Shown here: one piece after another, positions 39,469 through 56,494 of the stretch
Position numbering within the stretch: position 1 is the stretch's first letter
Layout: every line of letters starts with the position of its first letter
Source of the DNA: the human T2T-CHM13v2.0 reference genome, Homo sapiens
Direction: 5' to 3' (one strand)
Assembly: GCF_009914755.1 (NCBI RefSeq)
Contig: NC_060934.1
DNA length: 64,000 bases
Position numbers and translations under genes: made by a program
Notes under the pieces: model-generated
The model's database searches: none
What the model saw: only the letters and a program-made list of their open reading frames with translations
What the model was told of the DNA's origin: nothing

Positions 39469-42400
39469 AAACAAGAAAAAGATAAAAATATGTGGACAAT
39501 TTTCACAAATCATGAACCTCATTTTGAGGAATAAGAAATCTGTAAAAATGCAGTGATATGTAATGCTCCCTTTACCTCCCTGACAGTAATGTACATCCAT
39601 TTCTAGAGTTGAAACTTTGCTATTCAGTGTAGTTGTAAGCACATGCAGTAGAAATTTCATTGCTCTGCCAGGAGAAAAGATCAAAGGCAGGAGAAAATTT
39701 TTCAAAGATGAGAGATTTTCAATATGTATGTATAAAAAGCATAAAAAGCTACTGGTTTGTGTAGTTTGTGTCTCTGTGAATTTCACTATTTTCACAGGCT
39801 ATTCTCCAGCCTTTAATCCTCAAGCTAAATCCAGATGACACTTTCTTTCAATATATTTCTCCTTAGGAATAACTTAAATTCTTCCTCTTTTCTATTTAAA
39901 TGCTAATAACTTTGGCACTGTTAAAAAATGGAGTGATAACAGGTTCAATTATTTTTTCACCATCATGATTAATAATTATTCAAAGTTTGTCCATTATGCA
40001 AGGCACCATATTAAGCATGAATGTCTAATTTCTTCACTCCCCTCCACCCATGCATACACAATGGGTTGATATTTTCTTATTTTATACGTAGCCTTCAGCA
40101 TAGAATTTTTCTGTGTCTCAATAACTTCTGATGCAGAATTGAGACAATGGTGTTAAAGTCAGTTGGACAAAGAAGCAATGAAAACTCAAACATGTTGTTA
40201 TTGATACGGATGAGTATGATATTGAATTATAAGCAGTGATATAATTTCAAATCACTCCTGGCACTTCAGATCTTATTGGATCTATATTCCATGAACATTC
40301 GCATTAGGATTTTTCAAAAAGATGTGGTGGTACTATAAGCCTATTTCAGAACTGTGAGTACATTCTTTCCATCTAAATTTCATTAGTCTGAATAGCTAAA
40401 TGCTAGTTAGGTGTCTGTAAGAAATCTATCAAAATCAGAAATTTGGTGACTTGCCTTTCTATTAATGTTTAAGCAAACACAACTTCTTTTTAACTGAGAG
40501 ACCTTTATTCGGAGCCTAGAAATTTAAGATATATCTTCAAAGTAAAACTGTAATTGGCACAAATTATAATTGAATTTTAATATAAAATTGCCATTCCAAC
40601 TCTGCTGAAGATCATGGATAAATATATGTTCTCTAATGAACAGTTGGTAGCAGAGTCACCAAAGATATGTGATTTGGGGGAGCCTACCTGAATTATTATC
40701 TTTTTAGTTACATATTTATTTCCACAAAGAGTATAAAATGTCAATCATATCCTTCTATAGTAATACGCAAAGTGATTTGGGTACTTTTAGGCCCTAGAGA
40801 TATTTATGGAAATTAGCTTGTCACAGGTACTAGGGAATTATCCCAAAGAAGTTAGAATTTTCTGGGTTATTATTATCAGTGACTGAGGTCCAGGGAAACC
40901 AATTTGCTTCCTGCCACATTGTTTGATTTAGGGATTGAATGACTCACACCAAATTGGAGACCTAAAAGTAATGTGCACGCTTCATTCCAAAGATAAGCTA
41001 GGCTCTTAGTTCAAAGACAGCCTGTAGAAGTGGCTGGCAAATGAAGAAGACTATTAGTGAAGTTTAAATTGTGAAGTCTGAGTTGAGAGCTGTGATTAAG
41101 TATGGACCAGCCAGTCCCAATTAATCACTAAGTAAGCTAGTTTTCCCCTGCGTTTCCTTCACGCATTCTGACAGTAGCTGTCTAATGAAGCTGTGGGAAG
41201 GATGTGAAGAGAAACCTAAACAATCAGCATTTCGGGTTGGAATCCTTGGTCCGTACATGAAGGCTGCTCCCACCTCCTGTCCCACCTTCACCCCCTGCTG
41301 CTGAATTGGAAAGATGACTGAAAATTTTATAGATTTCAGAAGTGAAGGAAAGAATGAAACTACAACAGGCAGAAATGGCACAGGCAAAACAGACCCTCTA
41401 AAATTTCCCTTTTCATTTTACTTTAAGAGACTCTGATATTCTTCTACTACTTTAGAAATGCATTCAGAAAAAAAAATTCATCCTCTTAAAAAAATTGAGC
41501 TATTTCTGGGATGTTGAAGAGCTATTACTGTGAAAGTAATTAGTTGAGAATTAATGCGCATGGCTTCTATTACCTAATAGAGATCAAAATGTGCAAAAGG
41601 AATGAGCATTTTGATAAGAGGCAGTGTGGGAAATGATTTTGGAGTCTGGGTCCCTTTGGAAAAAGGATCAAGGACAGCATGAGGAAGGGTTCAGAAAACA
41701 AGGTGAGAAAGACCAATACCAAATACCAAATATTTTAATTTAGGCTCGTCCTGTATTCAAGAAAAAATGATGAAATATTCTTTGCAATATTCTTTGATAT
41801 CAACTCAACCAATACTCTTATAGAGGAAATAAATGGTTGTTCCCTTACCTGAGACCATAAACAACAAACCTGGTGGAAAAACTGTGTTTGAGTTCCAAGC
41901 AACCAATTTGTATGTAAACTTAAGCCCACGTTTCATGAGTAATGTGAGGGCTGGGTTGCCCACTCATCTTTCACAGGAAACTCCTTAACCAAATAATTGT
42001 TTCTCCTATTTTTATGTTTATTTTGTTCTCAGTGACTAATGGTGCCAAAGAAAGTTAGTTATTCTGCATGATTGCCACTGTCTGAGCTGGCATTTTGTGA
42101 TTACAGATGACCAGCTGACTCAAATAACAAGAGCCCATTTCTGTCATTCATTGAACCCGTTTCTGGGAAAGGAGAAAGAGGAGGCCAAGGGAAGAAGATG
42201 CCCTGTTCAGGTTTCAGAGGCAAAAGCTAAGGGAAATATTAGCAAACCCCAGGGGAGATTGCTTCTTTCCCAGGCCCAGAATTGGATGTTTCTGTATCTG
42301 AGAACGGCTCACAAATGGTCTATTCTTATGGAATTTTTGCTTCAGTTGTCAGTTTCAGATCACATTAGAGATCTTGATATTTGATTGTTTTCTCTCAAAT

Positions 42401-42682
42401 GTACTGAGACTTCATTTAAATTTTCTTATTTAAAATTATTTTTAGTTAATTAAATAAAGTCAAAGTTAATGGTAATAAGGAGAATAATCCATAAAACAGT
42501 TGATAATTTCGTAAGGTTAAAAATAAAGACAAATATTTTAGAATAATAGATTCTCTAGAAAGATTCCCACATTTGTCTGCTAAAATAAGAAAAAGTGAGT
42601 TTTTCCCCTCAAACAAGATGATCACTTGCATAATATAAGACCATTAATTCTGTTAGAAAATAATGCTTATTGACTAGAATAC

Positions 42683-42970
42683 TTTTTTTTTTTTTTTTTT
42701 TTTTTTGAGACAGAGCCTTGCTCTGTCACCCAGGCTGGCAGCTCACTGCAACCTCCACCTCCCAGGTTCAAGCAACTCTCCTGCCTCAGCATCCTGAGTA
42801 GCTGGGATTACAGGCATGTATCACCATGTCCAGCTAATTTTTGTACTTTTAGTAGAGACAGGGTTTCACCACATTTGCCAGGCTGGTCTCAAACTCTTGG
42901 CCTCAAGTGATCCACTCGCCTCAGCCTCCCAAAGCACTGGGATTACAGGAGTGAACCACCACACCCGGCC
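42683..42970 (-). mobile_element. AluS
   Basis: TSD tagaatact; small internal deletion. Confidence 0.9.
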
Positions 42971-43261
42971 TAGAATACTCTTAAACCCAATTCCTCAACC
43001 TGTAAATTTAAGGTGACCTTGAAATAGACAGACAAGCAGCTGAATATGTGGGTCAGTAGATGAAAACTATCTTCGAAACCATCAAAGGATGTCATAAATA
43101 AAATAATTACTACTAATTAAGTGTGTATTGAATACATATGAGTAGAAGAAGCTTTGCATTGATAGGGTGAGAGAATATACCCTCAACAGTAGCCAGTTCA
43201 TTTATCAGTAGAGATTTGTTGCATCCCTATGTTTGCACATTGTGCTCACATTAATAGTCAT

Positions 43262-43666
43262 CAGAATATTTATTTATTAAGTTTAAGGAATTGGCTCATG
43301 AAATTACGGAGGCTGAGAGGTCCCAAGATCTGCAGTCAGCAATGCAGCACTGTGAAGACCCTAGAGAGATGATGGTCTAGTTCCAGTCCAAGCTCAAAGT
43401 CCTGAGAACCGGGAGAGCCGGTGATGTAAGTTCCAGCCTGAGTTCAAGTCCAAAGGCAGAAGAGGAGTGATTTCCCAGCTCAGTGACAGTCAGACAGAGA
43501 GAGCAAATTCTTCCTTACTCAGCTTACTCAATTCAAATTGCCCTCCCCAGTGTAGATAGGACTGGATGGTTAGTCCTATCCAGAAACACACTCACAGACA
43601 CACCCAGAATAATGTTTCACCAAATAGCTGGCCCAGTTAGTTTGACACAAAAAATTAACCACCGCA
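43262..43666 (-). mobile_element. MLT2 (B/C/D-type) LTR
   Basis: aaggaattggctcatg...gtcccaagatctgcagtcagcaa...ctcacagacacacccagaataatgttt...aattaaccacc. Confidence 0.75.
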
Positions 43667-44266
43667 GTCACTATACATTGGCCATGTTCTACTTGTCAGA
43701 ATCGAATCCCTTCAATATCTGTGGTAAGTCTACCTCTGAGTTCTGATTCTCAATACTTCAAAGCCTGCTTGTTCCTACTCCTGGTCACCAAAGCTCATCA
43801 GACCACTTCCTGTGATTTAACATTTTTGGTTAGCTACATTGAAAGAAGTCTTTCTGTTACTGTTTAAATAAAAAAACATTTGTACATGCAGAATTATGAA
43901 AAGTTTGAATTAGTTGAAAATGGACCAATAAGATAAACTTATTGATTTTAACCAGAATGGTGTCTGGAAGTCATGAGCCCATGATTTGTTAATTAATGTC
44001 CTTAAGGAAGGCACATTAACTCCAGGTGTCAAGGGGGCACCACTGAGCACACTGCACCTGTAGTATTCCAGGTGGTCGACCTCTGGGCTATGATCATGCA
44101 ACTGAAAAACTGCTTGTAAGTACAAATACAATAATTGCAGCATGTCTTCTATACCATCTACTGTCCTCTCCAGCAACAGAGACCCTTTGAGCTGAATTCA
44201 AAAGATAATAGGTAAAACATCATTCCCACCATAGTATCTCCTCATTTAACAAACAGCTCTTGGAAC

Positions 44267-46950
<2,684 letters not shown>

Positions 46951-47115
46951 GCTACGGACAATTTATCCATTGTCATAGGAAGGAAGGCAGGGTTATGGGC
47001 CAAGATGCAGATGTATCTGCCAATTTAAAGGTAGCGAGAATTGAAAGTTCTTTTCTAATCACTTCCATCATCTTAGAAAACTGATAAACAGGAACCAGCT
47101 GGGAGTAAGGAGGGG

Positions 47116-47477
47116 TGATATGGTTTGGCTGTGTCCCCACCCACATCTCATCTTGAATTGTAGCTTCCATAATTCCCACATGTTATGGGAGGGACCCAGT
47201 GGGAGATAATTGAATCACGGGGGCGGTTTCCCCCATACTGTTCTCATGGTAGTGAGTAAGTCTCAAGAGATATATGTTTTTATAAGGGGTTTCCTCTTTT
47301 GCTTGGTTATTCTCTTGTCTACCACCATGTAAAACATCCCTTTGCTCTTCCTTCATCTTCTGCCATGATTGTGAGGTCTCCCTAGCCACGTGGAACTGTG
47401 AGTCAATTAAACCTCCTTCCTTTATAAATTACCCAGCCCTGGATATGTTTTATAATTTGGGAAAATGGACTAATACA
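47116..47477 (+). mobile_element. THE1 solo LTR
   Basis: tgatatggtttggctgtgtcccc...ggactaataca; perfect TSD AGGGG. Confidence 0.92.
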
Positions 47478-47861
47478 AGGGGGAAGGAAGAGTCTTGAGA
47501 GAGAGGAGAGAATAGTCTTCTGGGAGTGACGTGATCAAGGTCAACAGACAATGCTGAGGTCCCCTTGAACTTTGAGTTCATAAATTCACAACCATACAGC
47601 AAGGAGGATCATGTTTTTCTCCAACTGTTTTCAGTTCTTTGGATACAAAAGTAGACTGGGCATAGAAGTGGGATGAATCCACAGAGGTTTTGTCACATGT
47701 GCCAGGGCAGAGGGAGAGAAGTACAAGAGATTTTGTCATAATGCAAGGGAATCATAATGATGGGCCATGGACTCTAATCTGCAGAAGAAGAGAAATGAAC
47801 ACTCAAGGGAGATTAAAAACATTGGAAGGGTAGCATGAGTGGGCTGGAAATCTTCTATTGG

Positions 47862-48307
<446 letters not shown>

Positions 48308-49283
48308 CTATTGGAATTTCATGAATTACTCAAGGAATTCTTAATGCAATAGAAAGGATCAAAATTGCTTATTTTGGGGAGATAAGAGCATGACATTGGA
48401 AAAATTTCTTTTTCTCCTACTCTTCTTCCTCTTTTTCCACCTCCTTCTTTTCTTTTAGCAATTTCACATATGCCAAAAAGTGAAATCAACTATTCACTAA
48501 CGAAAAGGCATAAATCCTGTGAATTGACTGCCTCTAGTAAAGGGACCTAAACACCCACTGTTTCATCTAGAATATGAAGACCTCTTAATTGGGTTATCTT
48601 TCAAAAAAATTATACTAAAAGAGGAAATTACAAATCATGTAAATTGAAGAAAATCGCACTGGAATGATGCAATGATGCAATGATGCAATCCTATTGGTTG
48701 CTGCAATTTTCAGCACAGGGAAAGTTTCACTCAGGCAGAAAGAGCCCCATGAAGTCAAGAGCAGATGACCACATTGCTCAAGTTCATTTCCATCTCCCCA
48801 TGCAGGCACAGCCTGAGTCACAGCTCAGTCCTGAGTTAAGTACTTAGAAAGGCAAATTAACCATTTCAGGTCAGCAGGGTACCATTGCACACATAGCAAC
48901 AATGATTTTAAAAGTGCTAAAATCGACTTGCATTGACAATAGGCTTTCCAAGCCAGAAGGAATCTGCTATGATGTGGAAGAGGGCTCAGTGGCTCACGGC
49001 ACCCCATGAAGTCAACAGCATCTTAGAAAATATTTGAACCAAGCAGAACAAAGTGATCATTTGAGTTCCCCCAAGATGACCTAATTTTTTACATGGTGAG
49101 GAGGGGCTTAGAGATCATAACTATAAGCTACAAATCTGATCTAGAAAGACCTCGGTAATTTTTTAAAATCTCTTTTATTTACGCTTCTCTGAGCTACATT
49201 CCCTGGAGCATAAGGATTAGATCAGAGACATTTATGGAAGGAAACTTATATATTCTAGGCTGGTATTTGAAAGTTTAAATTGT

Positions 49284-49899
<616 letters not shown>

Positions 49900-50129
49900 T
49901 AAAATTGTGCCATCGCCAGTAGCCTGTATGAGTCTTAAAAACTCTCTCCTTAGAAAGTTTCTGTGTTCTGAAATCACACTTTCGTCTGTCCCTCAAGGCT
50001 GTGAACATTGGGTCCAAGACTCCCAACCTTTCTACTCCTCCCTTCCATGAAGAAGAAGGGAGCTGTGACATGAGTCACCCCACCATGGACAAGATACTTC
50101 TCATATATGTCTGATACACAGCAGAGGTA

Positions 50130-50245
50130 TGTGTTATTCTATCTTCATTTGACAGGACAGGAAACTGGGTGTAAGATGTTTGCCCAAGTCACTGATCAAC
50201 CAAGTGCCTGAGTTGGGATTCAAACTCAGGCTTATAAATCTGACT
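50130..50245 (-). mobile_element. MIR fragment
   Basis: catttgacag...ggaaactg...ttgcccaagtcac...gggattcaaactcagg. Confidence 0.6.
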
Positions 50246-50264
50246 GACTAAAAAAATCTCTTGC

Positions 50265-50560
50265 AGCCAGGCGCCATGACTCATGCCTGTAATCCCAGCA
50301 CTTTGGGAGGCCGAGGTGGGTGGATTGCCTGAGCTCAGGAGTTTGAGACCATTCTGGGCAACATGGAGAAATCCCCTCTCCACCAAAAATACAAAAAAAA
50401 AAACTAGCTGGGCATGATGGTGGACACCTGTAGTCCCAGCTACTAGGGAGGCTGAGGCACAAGGCAGAGGTTGCAGTGAGCCGAGATGGTACCACTGCAC
50501 TCCAGCCTGAGTGACAGAGTGACACTCTGCCTCAAAAAAAAAAAAGAAAAGAAAAGAAAA
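50265..50560 (+). mobile_element. AluS with a short deletion in the right arm
   Basis: Alu arms and A-tail. Confidence 0.88.
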
Positions 50561-50586
50561 AATCTTGCTGCTCTTACCAAACCAAG

Positions 50587-51995
50587 TGAGAGGTGACAGC
50601 GTGCTGGCAGTCCTCACAACCCTCCCTCGCTCTCGGCACCTCCTCTGCCTGGGCTCCCACTTTGGCGGCACTTGAGGAGCCCTTTGGCCCACCACTGCAC
50701 TGTGGGAGCCCCTTTCTGGGCTGGCCAACACCAGAGCCAGCTCCTTCAGCTTGCGGGGAGGTGTGGAGGGAGAGGCGCGAGCGGGAACCAGGGCCGCGCA
50801 GCGCTTGCGGGCCAGCTGGAGTTCCAGGTGGGCGTGGGCTTGGCGGTCCGCGCACTCGGAGCAGCCGGCCGGCCCTGCCGACCCCGGGCAATGAGGGGCT
50901 TAGCACCCAGGCCAGTGGCTGCGGAGGGTGTACTGGGTCCCCCAGCAGTGCCGGCCCACTGGTGCTACGCTGGATTTCTTGCCGGGCCTTAGCTGCCTTC
51001 CCGCCGGGCAGGGCTCAGGACCTGCAGCCCACCATGCCTGAGCCTCCCCCAACTCCGTGGGCTCCTGTGCGGACAGAGCCTCCCCGACGAGCGCCACCCC
51101 CTGCTCCAGGGCGCCCAGTCCCATCGACCACCCAAGGGCTGAGGAGTGTGGGCGCACGGCACAGGACTGGCAGGCAGCTCCACCTGCAGCCCCGGTACGG
51201 GATCCACTGGGTGAAGCCAGCTGGGCTTCTGAGTCTGGTGGGGACGTGGAGGACCTTTATGTCTAGCTCAGGGATTGTAAATACACCAATGGGCACTCTG
51301 TATCTAGCTCAAGGTTTGTAAACACACCAATCAGCACCCTGTGTCTAGCTCAGGGTTTGTGAATGCACCAATTGACACTCTGTATCTAGCTACTCTGGTG
51401 GGGCCTTGGAGAACCTTTGTGTCCACACTCTGTATCTAGCTAATCTGGTGGGGAAGTGGAGAACCTTTGTGTCTAGCTCAGGGATTGTAAACGCACCAAT
51501 CAGCGCCCTGTCAAAACAGACCACCCCCCCCCCCACCCCACCCTGCTCTACCAATCCGCAGGATGTGGGTGGGGCCAGATAAGAGAATAAAAGCAGGCTG
51601 CCTGAGCCCGCAGTGGCAACCCGCTCGGGTCTCCTTCCACACTGTGGAAGCTTTGTTTTTTCGCTCTTTGCAATAAATCTTGCTACTGCTCACTCTTTGG
51701 GTCCACACTGCCTTTATGAGCTGTAACACTCACCGCAAAGGTCTGCAGCTTCACTCCTGAAGACAGCGAGACCACGAACCCACCAGGAGGAACGAACAAC
51801 TCCAGACGCACCGCCTTAAGAGCTGTAACACTCACTGAGAAGATCTGCAGCTTCACTCCTGAGCCAGCGAGACGACGAACCCACCAGAAGGAAGAAACTC
51901 CAGACGCGCCACCTTAAGAGCTGTAACACCCACCGCCGGGGTCCGCGGCTTCATTCTTGAAGTCTGAGACCAAGAACCCACCAATTCCGGATACA
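50587..51995 (+). mobile_element. LTR12C solo LTR (ERV9)
   Basis: tgagaggtgacagcgtgctggc...ccaattccggataca; 4-bp TSD CAAG; GC-rich U3, tctagct repeats, CCAAT boxes, GATA and AATAAAA promoter, U5 repeats. Confidence 0.95.
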
Positions 51996-52031
51996 CAAGC
52001 AATGCTGATTGCTTCACTTTGAAAGCTTTCC

Positions 52032-52355
<324 letters not shown>

Positions 52356-52464
52356 TTAAGTGTGAACATCCTCAAACCACACATCCTTGGAAAACCCCAT
52401 GGGATCACTTCTACTCTCATGATGGTTGTCTTCTCTAGCATCTTGTGGTTACAAAGCATTTCAG

Positions 52465-52730
52465 GTAAGAGCACAGGCTTTCTGGCCAGGAAGACTTGAG
52501 GTGAGTCCCAGCTCTGTCATGTCATAGGTAGGTGACCTAGCTCTTAGCTATTAGGTTGGTGCCATTACTTTTAATGGCAAGAACTGCAATTACTTTTGCA
52601 CCAGACTGAAAGCCTCTGTTTCATTCAAGAAAAAAGGAGACATTACACTGTTTCTTTCTTCATAGGGTTATTGTGCAGATTGAATGAGATAACGAATACA
52701 AAGGATTTAGCACATGCCTTAAAAATGTGT
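52465..52730 (+). mobile_element. MIR interrupted by MADE1
   Basis: gtaagagcacaggctt...cccagctctg...catagggttattgtg..gattgaatgagataa. Confidence 0.65.
52551..52603. mobile_element. MADE1 (Hsmar1 MITE), internally deleted
   Basis: TA|ttaggttggtgc...ttaatggcaagaactgcaattacttttgcacca. Confidence 0.8.
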
Positions 52731-54441
52731 ATTAGGTTATATTTTTTAAATGTCAGCTATACAAGTTAGATTACCATTATTTTAACAGTTCGTCTAATTC
52801 ATTCTTGTGACATCTATTAGTTGTTTTTTATTTAGCCTTTCAGCCACTCTTGTCTCTCTGACTTGTTTGAAAGCCTTTAAAGCTTGGATCGTGTTTTGTT
52901 CCTTTGTATCCTCTTACACATAGCACAGGTTTTCCAAAAATATTTGTTGAGTTGATTTCATTTCATAATGTGTTCTCTTTAAATAGCAACCAGAAGCACA
53001 ATTCAAAATAAACTGTAGATTTTGATAATGAATTTCTTTTCTTGTGATTAGTGGCTCTTTGTCTTGCTTTTGTCCTGAGCCTATGTTTTGAGATAACACT
53101 TGGGGGCAGCATTGAGTCAGTCTGCACTTCCCCTGTTGTGAACTAGAAGGAAATATGAAATCCAAAGGTAGGGGCTGACAGATAGGAAATGAATGTCTCC
53201 AAATACATCAGTAGCTTTAAAATGACTGTGCACTTTGCTACAGAAATCTATTTAAAAGCAGCACACCCTTCTGCAGATCTCAGGGGAGCTCTTGAGGATA
53301 AATGACTTGTTTTCTCTCTAACCCTGGGGGGCAATACAAACTGTAAGATGTTTAACCATTTACTCACACAGCAAAATGGAGCAAACCTACAAGCTACATT
53401 ATAAAGGAAGATAAATTTAGCATGCATTTATGATGTGAAAAAGCACAGCTACTGCTCTGGTTGTTTAAATACTACATCAGTAATTGCAGTCCATTAAGTC
53501 AGTTAAACAAAACAGTGAATTAAAATTTTCCATTAGCCAGATTTTTTGCCCTACAACACTAAAGAGAAGAAAGGTAAATGTAGTAGCACAGCAAGTTGAT
53601 AGCAGAGGTTCATTTGGTTAAGCAACTTTTTAAAACGTCCTATGCCCTGCACAGATGTTATCCAGTCTCCTATAGCCACAATTACATCACTACAAATATA
53701 TGCTTAGATAATCTATCAATGTTCAGAATCTTTGCCTCTAGGTACTGCAAGATTCTTACCAGTTATAATAAAACTAGTGTGCCAATTATCTGATAAAACA
53801 AAGTACACTTGGTTGTTTCCAAAAAAAATTTTTGTAATGGTACAAAAAAAACTCATAGAAGACACTTTTTTTTTTTTTTTTTTAGCAACTTGGCCCTGTC
53901 TCTACCTCTCACCAGAATCTGAAGAAATTGCATATATTTTTGTACCAACAGGGTTCCTATGAAAACCAAATGGAAAAGTACAATAGGATACACCAGTTTC
54001 TTCACAGGTCCACAACCTAATTTGTGTTATACCTATTCCCTGATTAGTTACAGAGGTATTTATTCTTTATTTGTTCATTCAACATTCACTGAACATCCAA
54101 TATGTGTCCAGTACTGGGAATATAAGGATGAATAACACATTATCTATGTTTTTAAAAAGTTCAGTCTAGGAGAAATGAACATACAGACATACACACATCT
54201 GCAAATAATTGCAATCACACTGATTTCTTTTGGGCCTGGAATCTCTTATTCTTTTCATAGCTAAACAAAATAACATCTCAGAGTGTAATCTCAAAGAACA
54301 TAAATCTCTACTTTATGGAAGAGGAAAGTGAAGTCCACAGACAGTAAAGGACATGACCAACCAGCCAGTTAGTGCAAAGCCAATAAAGGAACTTGTTGAC
54401 TCCCAACCGATGTGTTTCCACCACATAATATTATTACCCTT

Positions 54442-54787
54442 TTATATGGTTTGGCTGTGTCTACCCAAATCTCATCTTGAATTGTAGATCCCATAATGCC
54501 CATGTTGAGGGAGGGACCTGGTGGGAGGTAATTGAATAATGGGGGAGAGTCTCGTGATAGTGAATAAGTCTCACAAGATCTGATGTTTTTATAAAGGAGA
54601 GTTCCTCTACACACGTTCTTTTGCCTGCCACCATGTAAAGATGTGCCTTTGCTCCTCCTTTGCTTTCCGCCATGATTGTGAGGCCTCCCCAGCCATGTGG
54701 AACTCTGAGTCAATTAAAACTCATTCCTTTATAAATTACCCAGTCTCAGGTATGTCTTTATTAGCAGCATGAGAACAGACTAATATA
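54442..54787 (+). mobile_element. THE1 solo LTR
   Basis: tatatggtttggctgtgtc...gaacagactaatata. Confidence 0.9.
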
Positions 54788-55240
54788 CCCCTGCATGTGA
54801 GATTGTTGAGATAAGGCATTATAGCTTGTATGTCCTTGTATTTTCGAAGTCTCTAGTAGAAATCTTTAATAAACATTTATTTATTGACTTTAATATCTCT
54901 CCTGCTGTCATCTGTCCAGATATAAATCTCACCATTATGAAAGCTTTCATAAGGCAGCTAACTTTTAAATTGTTTAGTCTTTGAGATTATTCTCAGTTGA
55001 CCAAAGCAGACATTTTCCTTTCACTAATGCTCAATTTCCCAAGGCTTGGCCTTGGGAATTGATTGAGGACAGGCTAATAATGGGCATTCACATATGAGTG
55101 CATCTGAATTCGACCTTGCATTACCTTTCATACTTTTCCACCTACTTCCAACCAACAAGATCTCTCTATTTATATTCTGGGGATTTAACATTTAAGGCCA
55201 AATCACAAAAAGCCTGTTGGGTAGTTTGTGCTTCTGCATA

Positions 55241-55453
55241 TCTAGTAGTATGCTGGAAAATATTTAATAATAGATCTAGGAGAGGAAAAAAAGGCCTGAT
55301 AAATAGCATTTGCCAATTTCCATGGTGTAAATACTTTCACCATGGTAAATTTCATCCTACCAATGTATCAGTGCATACTGAACTCAGCACAGAGAAGAAA
55401 TATACACAATCTGCTCTCACTAATCAGTGCAAGCCAGCTCCAGCTAACAACTG
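55241..55453. mobile_element. MER63-like hAT MITE
   Basis: ctagtagtatgctgg...tttccatggtgtaaatact...agccagctccagc..acaactg. Confidence 0.65.
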
Positions 55454-55657
55454 CCCCACTGCTCTCAACATGAAGACTCAGCAGTGATCTGTCCTCACTT
55501 CTGCTGCCTGACGCTCTTGTCATTGCTTAGCTATATGAGAGACTGCTAGGTTCGGCTTGTAGGGTTGGTAAGTGCAATCAGCAATAGGCCTGATTGTAAG
55601 ACAGATTTTGAACTTGGTAGGAATATAGGGGGAGAATCAGTTATTAAACTAAATTAA

Positions 55658-56160
55658 CCCTTTTCCTGTTTGCTCTGGGAATACTTGCCGGCGGGCTTTC
55701 AGCTGCAGTGTTTACCCCAAGATAACTTTGCCACAAAATATCTCACTTTTATTATTATTTTTGCATCACTCTGGTATATCGACTTGAGAAGCAAAAGACA
55801 TCATTCTATTTATAGCATTCTGTTTTTAGTAGTAGTATTTCCATTTACAAAACACAGTAATTCTCAACCACTGAAAATGTCAAATCCTAGAAAATGTAGC
55901 ATTCCTACACATGATGTTAACATCATTCTCTAACAGTTGGCTGAAGATTCATTTGATGAATCCGATTTTTCCAAAATAGATGATTCTAATGATTCAGATG
56001 ATTCTGATGTTAGTTCTGTTTAGAAATAACTCCAAGAACAGTTTTTATATTTCATTTTCACATTGAAAATGAGTCAGATTTGCTTCAGCCTCAAAGAGGG
56101 CGTTTACGTAAAATTAAATGAATGCTGATAGCAAGCTGCATTTTTTTTATGGGAAAAGAT
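55658..56160 (+). mobile_element. MER75 piggyBac-derived MITE
   Basis: TTAA|cccttttcc ... gggaaaagat|TTAA; internal ATG TCA AAT CCT AGA AAA (MSNPRK). Confidence 0.9.
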
Positions 56161-56494
56161 TTAACTTATGAAATTAATGAAGATATAAGAGAAAGGAGGC
56201 AACTAACTACACTCACCTGATAATTATTATTGTTTTGACATACAGGTATCGCTGATACCCTTTGTGTGAAAACAATCGAGAAAGTGCTGGCTGAAATTAC
56301 AGATGGAGGCTGGACTCTAAAAACCAACAGATGCCTCAAGGGTTTGAATCTGCAGCTTTAGCTAATCAGACCGGGCTACAGTGTTGAAATTCAAGAGGCA
56401 AAGAGAAGAACAGCAAAAGGGATAGTGAGAAAGACTTGAGGGTAGAGACGCAATGTTTGAGCAGCAAATTTATTTACATGTTTGCTCAGCCAGT

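Noticed and set aside
39210-39795. ORFs of up to 193 aa with PSFL repeats
   Set aside because: Translation of (TTCC)n and AluJ.
50574-51321. Several overlapping ORFs up to 242 aa and a CpG-island-like region
   Set aside because: They lie within the GC-rich U3 of LTR12C; this is not a host gene or host CpG-island promoter.
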